Source: a virus. Taken from it: a DNA stretch of 64,000 bases. Every line of letters starts with the position of its first letter. The first letter of the stretch is position 1. Positions 17,175 through 26,640 of this stretch are shown here, piece by piece. The DNA lies in IMG/VR virus record IMGVR_UViG_3300017780_002571, positions 1 through 64,000 of that record, one strand, 5' to 3'. The notes below the pieces were generated by a model that was given only the letters and a program-made list of their open reading frames with translations, was not told where the DNA came from and did not search any database. A program made the translations under genes and the position numbers.

Positions 17175-18590
17175 CGATGGTGCCTTGATGTGCTGCACCT
17201 TTGCCCCAACGGAGGCATACCACTTGGCTCGGGTCTTGGCGTACCCATCGAACACTGAAGAGCTGTCATCTATCAGGTCAAAGACTACAGGCTCTTTCTT
17301 CCCCTCAACGAATCTGAGAATCCTCCCAACAATCTGACGCACGTCTGACTTCGGAGTGGCCATCACGAGAGTGTCTAGGTCCGGGATGTCAGTGGCCTCT
17401 GCGGTCATCTGGTACGTTGCCATCAGCACAGCCCCCTCCTTGGCCTTCTCCCGCTGGGCTGAAGTGAGTCCCCCCACGTAGTACGTGATCTTGGGAATAG
17501 GCACCCCAGAAGACGCGATCAGAGAGGCCAGCACCTCAAGGTGATCCTTGCGATCTGACTGCACCAGTATCTTGCGTCCAGCCTTGTAGCTCTGGGCTAC
17601 AAAGTTGGCAATGATCTTGTTTCGCGGATGGTGGTTGCTGAGCATGCGGATTACGTGGCCACACCGTCCCGCGCTGTGAGGCATCTGCTCCATCTGTATG
17701 GACCCCTTGTCAAGCACCACCACCCGACCCTCGGAATCTAGCTTGCGCCTCAGGGGAATCTTCCATGGGCTCTCTTGGGAGATTACACGGGCAGTCATAG
17801 GGGCTATGGTGGTCCGAACCAGAGTGGGGCCTATATGAGCCTCTATGACCTCTTCCCGGCCATCCTTTCGGTCAGGGGTTGCAGAGATGCCGAGACGCAA
17901 CAACGCCGGGAGCCGGAAACAAGACTGCGAGAAGAAATCGGCACCGATGCGGTGGCACTCGTCCCAGATAGCCAACCCAAAATCACGGAAGATGTGCTCT
18001 GGGTATCTTGCCTCTTTGGCGAGGGACTGCACCATCGCAATGACAACGCCGTGACCGACTGTATCCACTTTATCGCCCTTGATGATCCCGATACCTTTGC
18101 CTTTGCCAACTTGAAGACCCAAGACCTTTTCACAGGCGACAACCCACTGGTCCAGAATATCTTCCTTGGTGACAACAATGACTGTCTTCTTACCAATCTG
18201 GCTGATGATGTCCGTAGCGCACCACGTTTTACCAAAACCCGTTGGGGCTTCGAATACGAAGCTGGTCGGCTTTCGGAGTAGACCTACCACCTCATTGATG
18301 CAGCGCGACTGCTCAGAATTCCTCGGAATGAATGAGGACGTAAAGTCGTAGTCAAGGCCTTCCAGTCTGAGGTCCTCAGGGATAGAGGTTGCCATGTTCC
18401 TTGGCACCAGAATTCTCTTGGTAAATTCACTACCCACTACCCGGGCGAGGTTGTAGTCGAAATTGCCATCAGCATCTGGGTACTTGGCTTTGCGTCCGCA
18501 CGATTCAAGAATGCTGGGCACGTAGGGGTACACCGCTGCGCTTCCAACACTAATGGGGGCTCTGTGAAGTTGTGTGATCAGTTTGTACAT
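17160..18590 (-). CDS. SF2 DExH helicase (UvsW-like)
   Basis: APTGFGKT, DECH, SATP.R.DG, QIVGRILR. Confidence 0.9.
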   Translation of the reverse strand: MYKLITQLHRAPISVGSAAVYPYVPSILESCGRKAKYPDADGNFDYNLARVVGSEFTKRILVPRNMATSIPEDLRLEGLDYDFTSSFIPRNSEQSRCINEVVGLLRKPTSFVFEAPTGFGKTWCATDIISQIGKKTVIVVTKEDILDQWVVACEKVLGLQVGKGKGIGIIKGDKVDTVGHGVVIAMVQSLAKEARYPEHIFRDFGLAIWDECHRIGADFFSQSCFRLPALLRLGISATPDRKDGREEVIEAHIGPTLVRTTIAPMTARVISQESPWKIPLRRKLDSEGRVVVLDKGSIQMEQMPHSAGRCGHVIRMLSNHHPRNKIIANFVAQSYKAGRKILVQSDRKDHLEVLASLIASSGVPIPKITYYVGGLTSAQREKAKEGAVLMATYQMTAEATDIPDLDTLVMATPKSDVRQIVGRILRFVEGKKEPVVFDLIDDSSSVFDGYAKTRAKWYASVGAKVQHIKAPSLTNS

Positions 18591-18665
18591 ACTTGCCTTT
18601 AGTGAGGGGCCTTCCACCCCTCTGCCGGATTGACACATGGTTACCGGAGTCTGTCCCCGAAGGGA

Positions 18666-19454
18666 TTACACATCGTAGTTCTCAGCCGCGCCGCTTTCCC
18701 CGCCGATAGGGCCTGCAGAGGAGCCGAAGCCCAACTTGCGAAGTTCGCTGGCAGGCTGGTAAAGGCCCTTCAGGTAGTCTTCGTAGTTGACGGCCTTGGA
18801 GCGGTCCAACTCGCCTGCCTTGGACGGCTTGTACTTCGCCGCCAATTGCTGCTCAGTCAGCTTCTCGGTGAAGTCGAAGGCGCTGCCCACGGCTGGAGAT
18901 TTGTCCCCGGTGCGAGACACGTCAAAGGTGCATCCGCGCAGACCGCCACGTTTCACAGCGTACTTCTGCAACAGCTTGATGGTGTCACGCTTTGCCACGA
19001 ACAACTTCACGTTGTCCTTGTGCACTACGCCGTCCTTCTTGCTGGTGTACTCACCATGGTCGATCACGGTCATCACGCCCACGTAAGATGCCGAGCCGCC
19101 GCCTTCGCAGATGGGGCATGGCTCTTCGTCCTGCGTGCAGATAAACCAGTTCATCCAGCTTCCATTCATGTTCACGTTGTGCTCATGGTAGAACGGGATG
19201 TCAAGAATACCGTCAACGAGGTCGCCGTCCAAAAACGTGATGCTCGTACTTTCACCCTTGGGAATCCAGAAGCGGAAGATGTTGTTCTTCCCACGCATCT
19301 CCGCTTTCTTTTCTTCCTGATCCGCAATAGCTTGGGCCTGCTTCCCTCGCTTGATAAACGACAGGCCAGAGGCCTTCGCTGGTTGAGCTGCGGGAGCTGT
19401 GGCCTTGGGTGCGGCCCCTGCAGGTGCAGGTTTGGACTTGAAGTTGATAGCCAT
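18666..19454 (-). CDS. Single-stranded DNA-binding protein (gp32-like)
   Basis: H...C.....CPIC Zn site, SRTG, acidic C-terminus; between helicase and primase. Confidence 0.75.
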   Translation of the reverse strand: MAINFKSKPAPAGAAPKATAPAAQPAKASGLSFIKRGKQAQAIADQEEKKAEMRGKNNIFRFWIPKGESTSITFLDGDLVDGILDIPFYHEHNVNMNGSWMNWFICTQDEEPCPICEGGGSASYVGVMTVIDHGEYTSKKDGVVHKDNVKLFVAKRDTIKLLQKYAVKRGGLRGCTFDVSRTGDKSPAVGSAFDFTEKLTEQQLAAKYKPSKAGELDRSKAVNYEDYLKGLYQPASELRKLGFGSSAGPIGGESGAAENYDV

Positions 19455-19504
19455 TTCTGTCTTTCAGTTGATATGTGCTAGTAGCACGTTGGGTTACACA
19501 CGCC

Positions 19505-20497
19505 CTAAATGGGCACGTGATCTTTCAAGAGGGCTTCGATGCGCTCTGGGCTCATGGCTCCGGCATCACCTTCACTCTTTGTTGGTATGAGGTCCACTAT
19601 GGGGTACCCCGGTAAAAACTTTCGTATGGACTCACGGGCCGCGTCTCCGCCCTTGCCATGGTCATAGAACGTCACGATTGAGTCTGCATCAGAAATACGT
19701 TTCACCTTGGTCATGGATAAGCCGGAGGTGAATGATGCCAGAACATTCTCGTAATGCTGATAGATTCGTGCGAAGTCAATAGGCCCCTCGCACAGGACTA
19801 CAGGCTCATCGAGGTTCACCGTGTTCTCGCCCATCCAGCAGTGCATGTTGCGCTTACCCTTGTACCCGTACTGGAAGTACCGTAGCACACCCTCATCGTG
19901 CTTGTCGTCCTTGGTAGGCTCGGTCCCGATGTAGCGCCCCTGCATGCCCATTATCTCCCCCTTGAAGTTTCGGAATGGGAACCCCACGCGCTGTTGCTGA
20001 GGGTCGTACCGAACATCAAGGTCCAAGAGGGTGGACTTCATGATCCCACGGCCAGTGCAGTACTCAACAGCCTCTGGGAAGTCAAGGGCGGACTTGAAGG
20101 ATGCCAGCCACTGAGTAGGGAACACAGTCTGAACCTGCTTGACCTTGGACTCGAAGTCGGGGATGTCTTGAGCGGTGAGCTCCATCTCCTCGAACTCAGA
20201 CGCCACAAGATTTGCAGCTAATTGCAATTGGTAGTGGGGCGCGTACTCTGGATTCTTTCGTAGGCCAAAACGAATGTCCAACAAAAGGTCCGTCAGGTCG
20301 CCGGAGTACCCACAAGACAAGCACTTGCACCGTGACTTTTTCTTGGGGTCAGTGGAGACTGCAAAGGCCATAGAAGGCTCAGAGCCATGCTTCCAGCGAA
20401 TAGGGCAAGTGCCGAGCACCCACCCAGTTCTGGAGCCGATGGCACTTGAGCCAACTAGCATCAGCAGTTGCTTGATCTTGTCAGGCTTCACTTGCAC
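19505..20497 (-). CDS. DNA primase (Zn finger + TOPRIM)
   Basis: CP..H ... CLSC; YC..RG; EGPID; YD.G.GG; DAG. Confidence 0.88.
   Translation of the reverse strand: MQVKPDKIKQLLMLVGSSAIGSRTGWVLGTCPIRWKHGSEPSMAFAVSTDPKKKSRCKCLSCGYSGDLTDLLLDIRFGLRKNPEYAPHYQLQLAANLVASEFEEMELTAQDIPDFESKVKQVQTVFPTQWLASFKSALDFPEAVEYCTGRGIMKSTLLDLDVRYDPQQQRVGFPFRNFKGEIMGMQGRYIGTEPTKDDKHDEGVLRYFQYGYKGKRNMHCWMGENTVNLDEPVVLCEGPIDFARIYQHYENVLASFTSGLSMTKVKRISDADSIVTFYDHGKGGDAARESIRKFLPGYPIVDLIPTKSEGDAGAMSPERIEALLKDHVPI
20212..20227. repeat. 16-bp palindromic site
   Basis: TTGCAGCTAATTGCAA, in primase gene. Confidence 0.75.
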
Positions 20498-21017
20498 GAG
20501 CCCTAACGTAGTCGAGCAGATTGTCCGGGCCAGTGGTTGGACCTAACTTCTGGAGGTCCCACATCCACCCCATTCCTGCCCGGGTGGGGAGGCCCTTGGG
20601 GAACAATTCCCCAATATCCTGCATGGAGAGCACATTGGACTTTTTGGCCACACTGTGCCCCTTCAGGAAGAACGTCCACATGACCGCATCAGCGGGGCTG
20701 CGGCACAAGCTGGCAATGAATACAACCATCCAAGGGGTTGCCACCATACCAAGGGAGGCTAGGCGCTTCTGGATAATCTGGATGGAAAAATTGCTGCGTA
20801 TCCCCTCAGGGACCACGTGGGTCTGCGCTTCCTTGACGCACGATTGCTGGTAGTAATACATGGTCTCTGTATCCGGTACACCCACCTCCATCAGAGGCAT
20901 TTGGCTGTACCACCAAGTCAAATGGGCTTCCCGGGCAACTGGGACCATGAACCCGGCGCGGTTCTGGTGCTGATCTACTGGCGGGGCAGTAGTCTGGGTC
21001 TCTTGGGCGTCTGACAT
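20481..21017 (-). CDS. Hypothetical protein
   Basis: TAATG-coupled ORF. Confidence 0.7.
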   Translation of the reverse strand: MSDAQETQTTAPPVDQHQNRAGFMVPVAREAHLTWWYSQMPLMEVGVPDTETMYYYQQSCVKEAQTHVVPEGIRSNFSIQIIQKRLASLGMVATPWMVVFIASLCRSPADAVMWTFFLKGHSVAKKSNVLSMQDIGELFPKGLPTRAGMGWMWDLQKLGPTTGPDNLLDYVRARASEA

Positions 21018-21478
21018 TACTTCCCCAAGAAAGATGCAACGACCTTGCGGTTTTTGGTGTACGACTCTGCGCTCACCACCGTGGCCACTTGCTCTGGAGT
21101 CAGGTACTTCTCCGCGTCACCCACGGTCACTTTGGCGATCTTCAGAAAGGATTCCTGCCCCAAGAACTTGGCCACCGCACCGTTGTCCAGAATCTTGCGG
21201 GGAGACTTGGAGCAGGCCCCGGCAGTCAAAAGCCAGTGAGCCCCCTTGATCTTGATTTCGTCGGTGGAGTCGTATTGATCCAAGCGCTTCTGCAGCTCTG
21301 CCTTGGCTTCGTTGAACTGAGTGAACACGGGGTCCGTCATCAGAGCCGTACAGCGGTCCTCAAGGGAGCCATACAGGTCTGCCAGTGCATCATCGCCCAT
21401 CTTCGCGGGTTCTACCGCTTCAACCTTCGCCAGCTTGGCAACGGCCTTTGGTTTTGTCTTGTTGATTGTGATCGACAT
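21017..21478 (-). CDS. Hypothetical protein
   Basis: ORF with GGAG RBS. Confidence 0.75.
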   Translation of the reverse strand: MSITINKTKPKAVAKLAKVEAVEPAKMGDDALADLYGSLEDRCTALMTDPVFTQFNEAKAELQKRLDQYDSTDEIKIKGAHWLLTAGACSKSPRKILDNGAVAKFLGQESFLKIAKVTVGDAEKYLTPEQVATVVSAESYTKNRKVVASFLGK

Positions 21479-21487
21479 GGTGAACTC

Positions 21488-21745
21488 CTAGGCAGGGATG
21501 GTGACTGTTTCAACAACGGCGTTGGGGTAGTCGCGTTGCATTTTTGGAAGGACCTTTTCCTCAGGCCCCCACCAGCATTGGTACCCATAGACCACGGTAC
21601 CGTCATCCAGATGCAGGGTGGGGTTGGGGACTGGGAACTTAGGGGGCGTGGTTTCCCCATGATAGGTGCCGTGCCCAAGCAGCTTGATGGTTTGGGTGTT
21701 GGCACTAAGGACAGCGGTTACGCGGTCTCCGGGTTTACATGGCAT
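21488..21745 (-). CDS. Hypothetical protein
   Basis: Strong RBS AAGGAG; NP...LDDG.VVYG.QCWWG motif. Confidence 0.75.
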   Translation of the reverse strand: MPCKPGDRVTAVLSANTQTIKLLGHGTYHGETTPPKFPVPNPTLHLDDGTVVYGYQCWWGPEEKVLPKMQRDYPNAVVETVTIPA

Positions 21746-21800
21746 GTCAATACTCCTTGTAGGTTGAACTTAACTCTCTGCTTAATTTAGCAGTGCTGAT

Positions 21801-21828
21801 AGTGTAGCAGAAAATAATAGTTTGCACA
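21801..21828 (-). promoter_or_regulatory. Sigma70-like promoter
   Basis: TGTGCA-16-TACACT with TGn extended -10. Confidence 0.6.
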
Positions 21829-21843
21829 ATTAATTTCACACAT

Positions 21844-21869
21844 AAAAAACCCCGGTTGCTAGTCGGGGT
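21844..21869 (-). terminator. Rho-independent terminator after dnaB
   Basis: ACCCCGA...CCGGGGT hairpin followed by a U-tract. Confidence 0.7.
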
Positions 21870-21880
21870 ACGTGCTCTGG

Positions 21881-23167
21881 TTATCCCATGAATTCCATTT
21901 GAACGTCCTCAGCCTTCTCTGGGACTATCTCTGTGAAATTCATGGCTGGGCCAAAGTCCCAGTTGATATCGAATTCGCCTGACTCCCCGTTACGGCCCTT
22001 GAGAATCTTGACCGTCCGTTTCTTCTTTTTCTCAATCTCATCCTCATGGTCGAAGAGCCCCAGCATCACGGTAGACAACTGGGCCATTTCGTCCGAGCCG
22101 TACACGTCCTCCATGCCGTCCGAGACCTCCTTGCCACCCTTGGCCTTCTTTGCCTTTACGGAGGACTTGGTGAGCTGATAAGAGGCCACCACGGGGATTC
22201 CCAGATCAGTGGCTACTCGCTGCTTTAGCTGCCGTGCGTTGTCCGCTTGCTTGTCCCACTTGCTGAGGCGTTTATCCGGGTGATCCAACAGGTACGCCCC
22301 GTCCACAAATACAGCGGATGGTTTGAGCAGGTGGCACAGCATGATGATGTCATCCACCGTCCGCACCTTGGAGCCATCCACAACCCAGAGAGGGAACTCC
22401 GATTTCTTCAGCTTGTGCAGGTCCACCAACATGGACTGCGCCGCCTTGGTAGACAGCTCCGCCTTCATCAGGTCGGTCAGCTTCTTGTGCGTGTGCATGG
22501 CCGTAAGACGCTGATTGATGATCAGGGTCAACATCTCCATGGATATGAACAAAGGCACTCGCTCATGCTTCCATGCGTTGTGAGCCGTGTACAGGAGCTT
22601 GAAGGTCTTGCCCGCTTGAGGCCGCCCTACGAAGGTAACGAAGTCACCCCCGCGCATACCGCCAGACATCGCATCCAAGCTTGGCCACCCGAATGGCATG
22701 GACACCTCGTTGCCCATGGTCTTCTGGAGGGCATACGCCTCCTTGATCATGTCTTCGGCATTACGGAAGTCCACAAGGCTACTACGCTGCCTCTTTCGGT
22801 ACAGCAGGGATACGGATTGCATCAGCCCTGCCAATGCCTCCTCCCCGTTTTTGTTGGTGAGGAGCAATGACGCCTCTTGCACTGTCGCCTTCAACGAATT
22901 GTGCAGGTACCGCTTCTCCACCGCGTCGAGGTAGAACTCGGGTGGTTCCGGTGCCGCTACCAGTGCGTCTTCAAATGCCGGGATGTCTTCGATGGTTTCT
23001 TGCTTGGGCAACTTCCCGTACTTGGCAAGGTGCTTCGAGATGTGCTCAAAAAGAACGGCTTCGGAGTCCTTGAACAGGTGATCCTCCAAAGCCATCTTCA
23101 TGTACGTCTGTACGTTCCCGGAGTAAATCAGGGAGCTCAGTAGTTGTCTTCCTATCGTACCGCTCAT
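21881..23167 (-). CDS. dnaB: Replicative DnaB-family helicase
   Basis: GRPQAGKT, SMEM, VDG.YL, KGRNGE. Confidence 0.9.
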   Translation of the reverse strand: MSGTIGRQLLSSLIYSGNVQTYMKMALEDHLFKDSEAVLFEHISKHLAKYGKLPKQETIEDIPAFEDALVAAPEPPEFYLDAVEKRYLHNSLKATVQEASLLLTNKNGEEALAGLMQSVSLLYRKRQRSSLVDFRNAEDMIKEAYALQKTMGNEVSMPFGWPSLDAMSGGMRGGDFVTFVGRPQAGKTFKLLYTAHNAWKHERVPLFISMEMLTLIINQRLTAMHTHKKLTDLMKAELSTKAAQSMLVDLHKLKKSEFPLWVVDGSKVRTVDDIIMLCHLLKPSAVFVDGAYLLDHPDKRLSKWDKQADNARQLKQRVATDLGIPVVASYQLTKSSVKAKKAKGGKEVSDGMEDVYGSDEMAQLSTVMLGLFDHEDEIEKKKKRTVKILKGRNGESGEFDINWDFGPAMNFTEIVPEKAEDVQMEFMG

Positions 23168-23179
23168 GTCTTGTCCTTC

Positions 23180-23791
23180 TTATGCTGATTGCGTTGCAGA
23201 TTCATGAGGGTACGAAACCTCATCCGGGGAAGCGATGGCGAACTTGGACTCCAGCAGAGTCTTAAAGGAGTCGCCGTATTGCTTCTGGACTACCGCCATG
23301 CTGGTGGTGTACATGACAGTCTTGAGGCCCTTCCCCATCCGATCTATCAACATGCCCATGAGGATGGATATCTCCCACGAAGGCACGTCCCCACCGTTGG
23401 CTTTATCCAAGCAAAAGTTTGGTATCAGCAGCACGGTTGGTGCGGGCATGGAAGCGTCTTTGATGCGCTTCACCACTTCCTGCACGGACATGACCCGGGC
23501 ATCTGTGTAATTGCGCAGGCACACCCCGGTTATGGCGGTCATCTTGTCTGCAACCTCGATAGGGAACTTGGACCCGACAAACAGCAGGCCACGATCAGTG
23601 TCCGAACGCATGTTGCGTACCCAGAGACGCTCGGCCTCGGTGGTGTAGCTGGACAGCCGCATCCACACTGCGGAGGCGGGTACCCCTGCAGTGGCGATAA
23701 CCTGAGGCAGGTCCTGTATCAGGCGCTCATGGTAGTCCTTGTCCAACAGCTTGGACTTGAACACCTCATCCGGTATTTGTATCTTAGACAT
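23180..23791 (-). CDS. Probable helicase loader (degenerate DnaC-like AAA)
   Basis: Between initiator and DnaB; LIDR....KT..TT......YG....L resembles DnaC/IstB C-terminus; Walker A not intact. Confidence 0.55.
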   Translation of the reverse strand: MSKIQIPDEVFKSKLLDKDYHERLIQDLPQVIATAGVPASAVWMRLSSYTTEAERLWVRNMRSDTDRGLLFVGSKFPIEVADKMTAITGVCLRNYTDARVMSVQEVVKRIKDASMPAPTVLLIPNFCLDKANGGDVPSWEISILMGMLIDRMGKGLKTVMYTTSMAVVQKQYGDSFKTLLESKFAIASPDEVSYPHESATQSA

Positions 23792-23803
23792 TTCGTACTC
23801 CAA

Positions 23804-24862
23804 TCAATCAGTTGGCGGCTTCCAGTTCAACATGAAGTTAGCGTCAGCTATCTCGTCGGACTCTTCCACTGCCACACTCTCAGGCTTCTCGACCACATTC
23901 ACAACCACAGGCGCGGGTACAACCTTTGCCTGAACCTTTTTCGGTGCAATTAATTGCAACCCATCTTTGGCATAGTTCGCCGCTTCCACCACATGCTTCA
24001 GCAGGAACCCGATCTGCGGCACATCAGGGGTCTTCTTGAGCCCTGCCTGAGATGCCACGAAATTGCAATACCCAATCCAGTTCGGAATGATGTACTGAAT
24101 TGTTTTGTCCGCTGCCGCACCTAACGACTTGGAGATGTGCGATAGCTGCCCCACCTCCACCTTCTTGAACTCTGGCAACATGCCCACGGATGGATGATGC
24201 TTAGGCACAAGTCTCCGCCAATGGTGCTGAAGTGAGGAGGAGGTATTCAGTTTACTCGGAGCAGTCCCATTGTGCTCTTTCAAGCTCTGAAGTATAGCGG
24301 CTGAGGATGTTGGGGTTTTCATATCTATGTCCACGGTAGTCTCGGTTTGCTTCCCGAGAGGAATCTTAAAAGTCCCAGAAGTTCCTGCCGAAGGCGAAAT
24401 CTCTTTCCCCTTCTCTGGTATTAAATCTAATACCTTATTGATTGGGCAAGAAATGCCAAGGGGTATGGCAGAAAATGCCAAGGGAGGTGTGGCAGGAATG
24501 GCCAAGGGGGTGGCAGATTTTGCCAACCTAGGGTCCTCTACAACCCCGAGCAATTCATAGTTCAAGGTGTACCACTTTCGCTGGTCCCGAAGGTGAGGAT
24601 TGTAGTTCCCGGAGGTAACAATGCCCAACTCTTCCAGATGTGCAAAGGCGTAACGGATGGTCCTAGCCCCGAACATCATGATGTTGGAGGCCCATTCTTG
24701 GTACGACTTGGTATGCCATACCCGCCCATCACGGCTTTGACCCTGTGTGCTCAGTAGGAAGTGCAGTTGCTGTATCAGCACAGCCTCACACATCCCGTAG
24801 GCCACAGCAAAGCCCCGGGACACCGGAATGGCGTCATTAGTGAGCGCCGTAACCTTAGACAT
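23804..24862 (-). CDS. Replication initiator (winged HTH)
   Basis: A.LIQQLHFL......DG..W...SY.EW....RTIR.....LE..G.......KWYTLNY; internal iterons. Confidence 0.8.
   Translation of the reverse strand: MSKVTALTNDAIPVSRGFAVAYGMCEAVLIQQLHFLLSTQGQSRDGRVWHTKSYQEWASNIMMFGARTIRYAFAHLEELGIVTSGNYNPHLRDQRKWYTLNYELLGVVEDPRLAKSATPLAIPATPPLAFSAIPLGISCPINKVLDLIPEKGKEISPSAGTSGTFKIPLGKQTETTVDIDMKTPTSSAAILQSLKEHNGTAPSKLNTSSSLQHHWRRLVPKHHPSVGMLPEFKKVEVGQLSHISKSLGAAADKTIQYIIPNWIGYCNFVASQAGLKKTPDVPQIGFLLKHVVEAANYAKDGLQLIAPKKVQAKVVPAPVVVNVVEKPESVAVEESDEIADANFMLNWKPPTD
23944..23959. repeat. 16-bp palindromic site
   Basis: GTGCAATTAATTGCAA, in initiator gene. Confidence 0.85.
24452..24527. repeat. Iteron-like repeats, probable replication origin
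   Basis: Three tandem GCCAAGGG(N)TGGCAG units plus a partial one, next to an AT-rich tract (24419-24443), inside the initiator gene. Confidence 0.7.
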
Positions 24863-25136
24863 TCCGGTGCCGATCTGGCCAGAGCTGGTCCATCACTTCT
24901 TGACGGCTGAGCTCAATCTCCGAGGGTGAATGCTGGAGATGCTGCGAAGCACGCTCCAACAGGTACTGAGCGTCACAAGGATTCAACGGTATCCCCATGT
25001 AGTCCACAAGGCAGTTACGGGCCGGGTCCCAGTTGAGCTGGAATCCTGTTGGCAGTATCTGCGTTGGCAAGGTAGAGGATGCTGCCACCTTGGACAGCTT
25101 GAACACCTTCTTAGGGGGTACATAGGGCTGAATCAT
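24855..25136 (-). CDS. Hypothetical protein
   Basis: Coupled ORF. Confidence 0.65.
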   Translation of the reverse strand: MIQPYVPPKKVFKLSKVAASSTLPTQILPTGFQLNWDPARNCLVDYMGIPLNPCDAQYLLERASQHLQHSPSEIELSRQEVMDQLWPDRHRNV

Positions 25137-25357
25137 TCTGGCACCCCCTCAGTGTGCTCTGTCACGTGCAACAGCAAGTCCCCGTTCTCGGCTTGGCTCT
25201 GGTGCAACATGACACCCTTACCAGTCAGTTTCGCAAGGATAGACCGGGGAACCACCATAGAGCCTCCAGACGCCGTGACGAGGAGGATGACGGTAGAGAG
25301 CAGCCTTTGCTGGTATTCGTCGTTAGACTGGGGTACCCAGTTGGCATCGAAGATCAT
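25133..25357 (-). CDS. Hypothetical protein
   Basis: ATGA-coupled ORF. Confidence 0.65.
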   Translation of the reverse strand: MIFDANWVPQSNDEYQQRLLSTVILLVTASGGSMVVPRSILAKLTGKGVMLHQSQAENGDLLLHVTEHTEGVPE

Positions 25358-25554
25358 GGCTTGTCCTTTGCCTCAATGGATTCCCCAAGGCTCTCCGTGT
25401 ACTCCACAAGGTCTGCAGCATGGTCAACGAACTTGTCCCGGCCTGCTTGAAACCCTCCGGCGATAGCTTCCCAGATATACCCCGCTACTGCGCTTATTGG
25501 CCCAATGAGCAGGGCGGTAATCAGGACCGTCAGGATTTTGATGGCGTTCTTCAT
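25354..25554 (-). CDS. Small membrane protein
   Basis: Hydrophobic N-terminal helix; coupled ORF. Confidence 0.65.
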   Translation of the reverse strand: MKNAIKILTVLITALLIGPISAVAGYIWEAIAGGFQAGRDKFVDHAADLVEYTESLGESIEAKDKP

Positions 25555-26357
25555 TAGGAACCTGCCAGTCGTAGTCCATGTTCCCGCAATACCGCCTGAA
25601 TGTGGTAGAGGCTAACGGGTCCCATGTTCGGCCCCTTCAACAGGTCTTCCTTGGTTTTGGCTGCCACGTCTTCCAGCGTGTGGAGGCTCATGGCATGCAA
25701 ACAATTGAACACCCGGACTGAGAAGAGGTCCACGAGTTCCCGGCTGCCGTTACGAGGTCGGGTAAGGCTATAGGAGCGCTTTTGAGGCCCCTCAGGCGCT
25801 TGGGCAGGGGGTAGAGAGGGCAGGGGTCCGAAAAGCTCTTGTAGGCCCGTATAAACAGCCTTAGCGAGGGGTGCTGACATCCCGGCTATCACCGCTTTGG
25901 CTTCATCTTGATAATTGACCCCTACTGGTTGTTGCAAGCGTACCCGAGCAGGCTCAGCGGCAAATCGTCCTGTTTCGGTATTCATTCGAGCAGTCTCCTC
26001 TATCAGTTTCACTGGTGGGTCTTCTTGATCGAAGTTGAAAGGTGGAATGGGTGGGCGGGTACGCACATTGCGCTTGCGCACCGCAGGCTCAAACACGGGC
26101 ACTGCAATGGAGTACCGGAAGACAGGGGTCTCGCCCTCCGTAACGGCGAACTTCACAGCCGCCACTTGCTTGCGCTTAACCAGCTTGGACAGGAACCCGG
26201 ATGCAGCGCCAATGCTCAAATGCGGGTGGGAGCTCATTACCTGCTTGGAGGTCATGTTGGGGCGGGCTTCTAGTTGGAGCCAAATCCATGCCTCCCACTC
26301 CGCCCCGTTCTTAGGCACATACGCCGGGTCATTGAATTGCTCGGATGTCATATTCAT
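25554..26357 (-). CDS. wHTH protein with C-terminal RNA polymerase alpha-CTD-like domain
   Basis: FSVRVFNCL....I/L..L.D....T..DLLK.PNMG..SL..I..VL...GL.L matches alpha-CTD. Confidence 0.8.
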   Translation of the reverse strand: MNMTSEQFNDPAYVPKNGAEWEAWIWLQLEARPNMTSKQVMSSHPHLSIGAASGFLSKLVKRKQVAAVKFAVTEGETPVFRYSIAVPVFEPAVRKRNVRTRPPIPPFNFDQEDPPVKLIEETARMNTETGRFAAEPARVRLQQPVGVNYQDEAKAVIAGMSAPLAKAVYTGLQELFGPLPSLPPAQAPEGPQKRSYSLTRPRNGSRELVDLFSVRVFNCLHAMSLHTLEDVAAKTKEDLLKGPNMGPVSLYHIQAVLREHGLRLAGS

Positions 26358-26361
26358 CTCC

Positions 26362-26574
26362 TTAAAAACTAACAGGTACTACGATGGTGCCGGGATGCCA
26401 CCCATCCCGATCCAGAACCCCATCACGCTTCAGGGCAGGCGTAAGCTGATAGCACGTTCCGTCAGCGGTAACCTCCACATGGAAGTACCCAGCTAATCCG
26501 ACCGTCCCCACGGCGTAGATGCCTGCTACGCTGAGCATGTCTAAGACTTCTTGGTTTGGGGGCGATGAGTTCAT
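26362..26574 (-). CDS. Hypothetical protein
   Basis: ORF fills gap in operon. Confidence 0.5.
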   Translation of the reverse strand: MNSSPPNQEVLDMLSVAGIYAVGTVGLAGYFHVEVTADGTCYQLTPALKRDGVLDRDGWHPGTIVVPVSF

Positions 26575-26640
26575 GGCTAGGAGGGGATTAGAGCCCCGTA
26601 GGGCTCTTTTGTGATTACGGGTAAGGGGTAGAGTGCCGGG

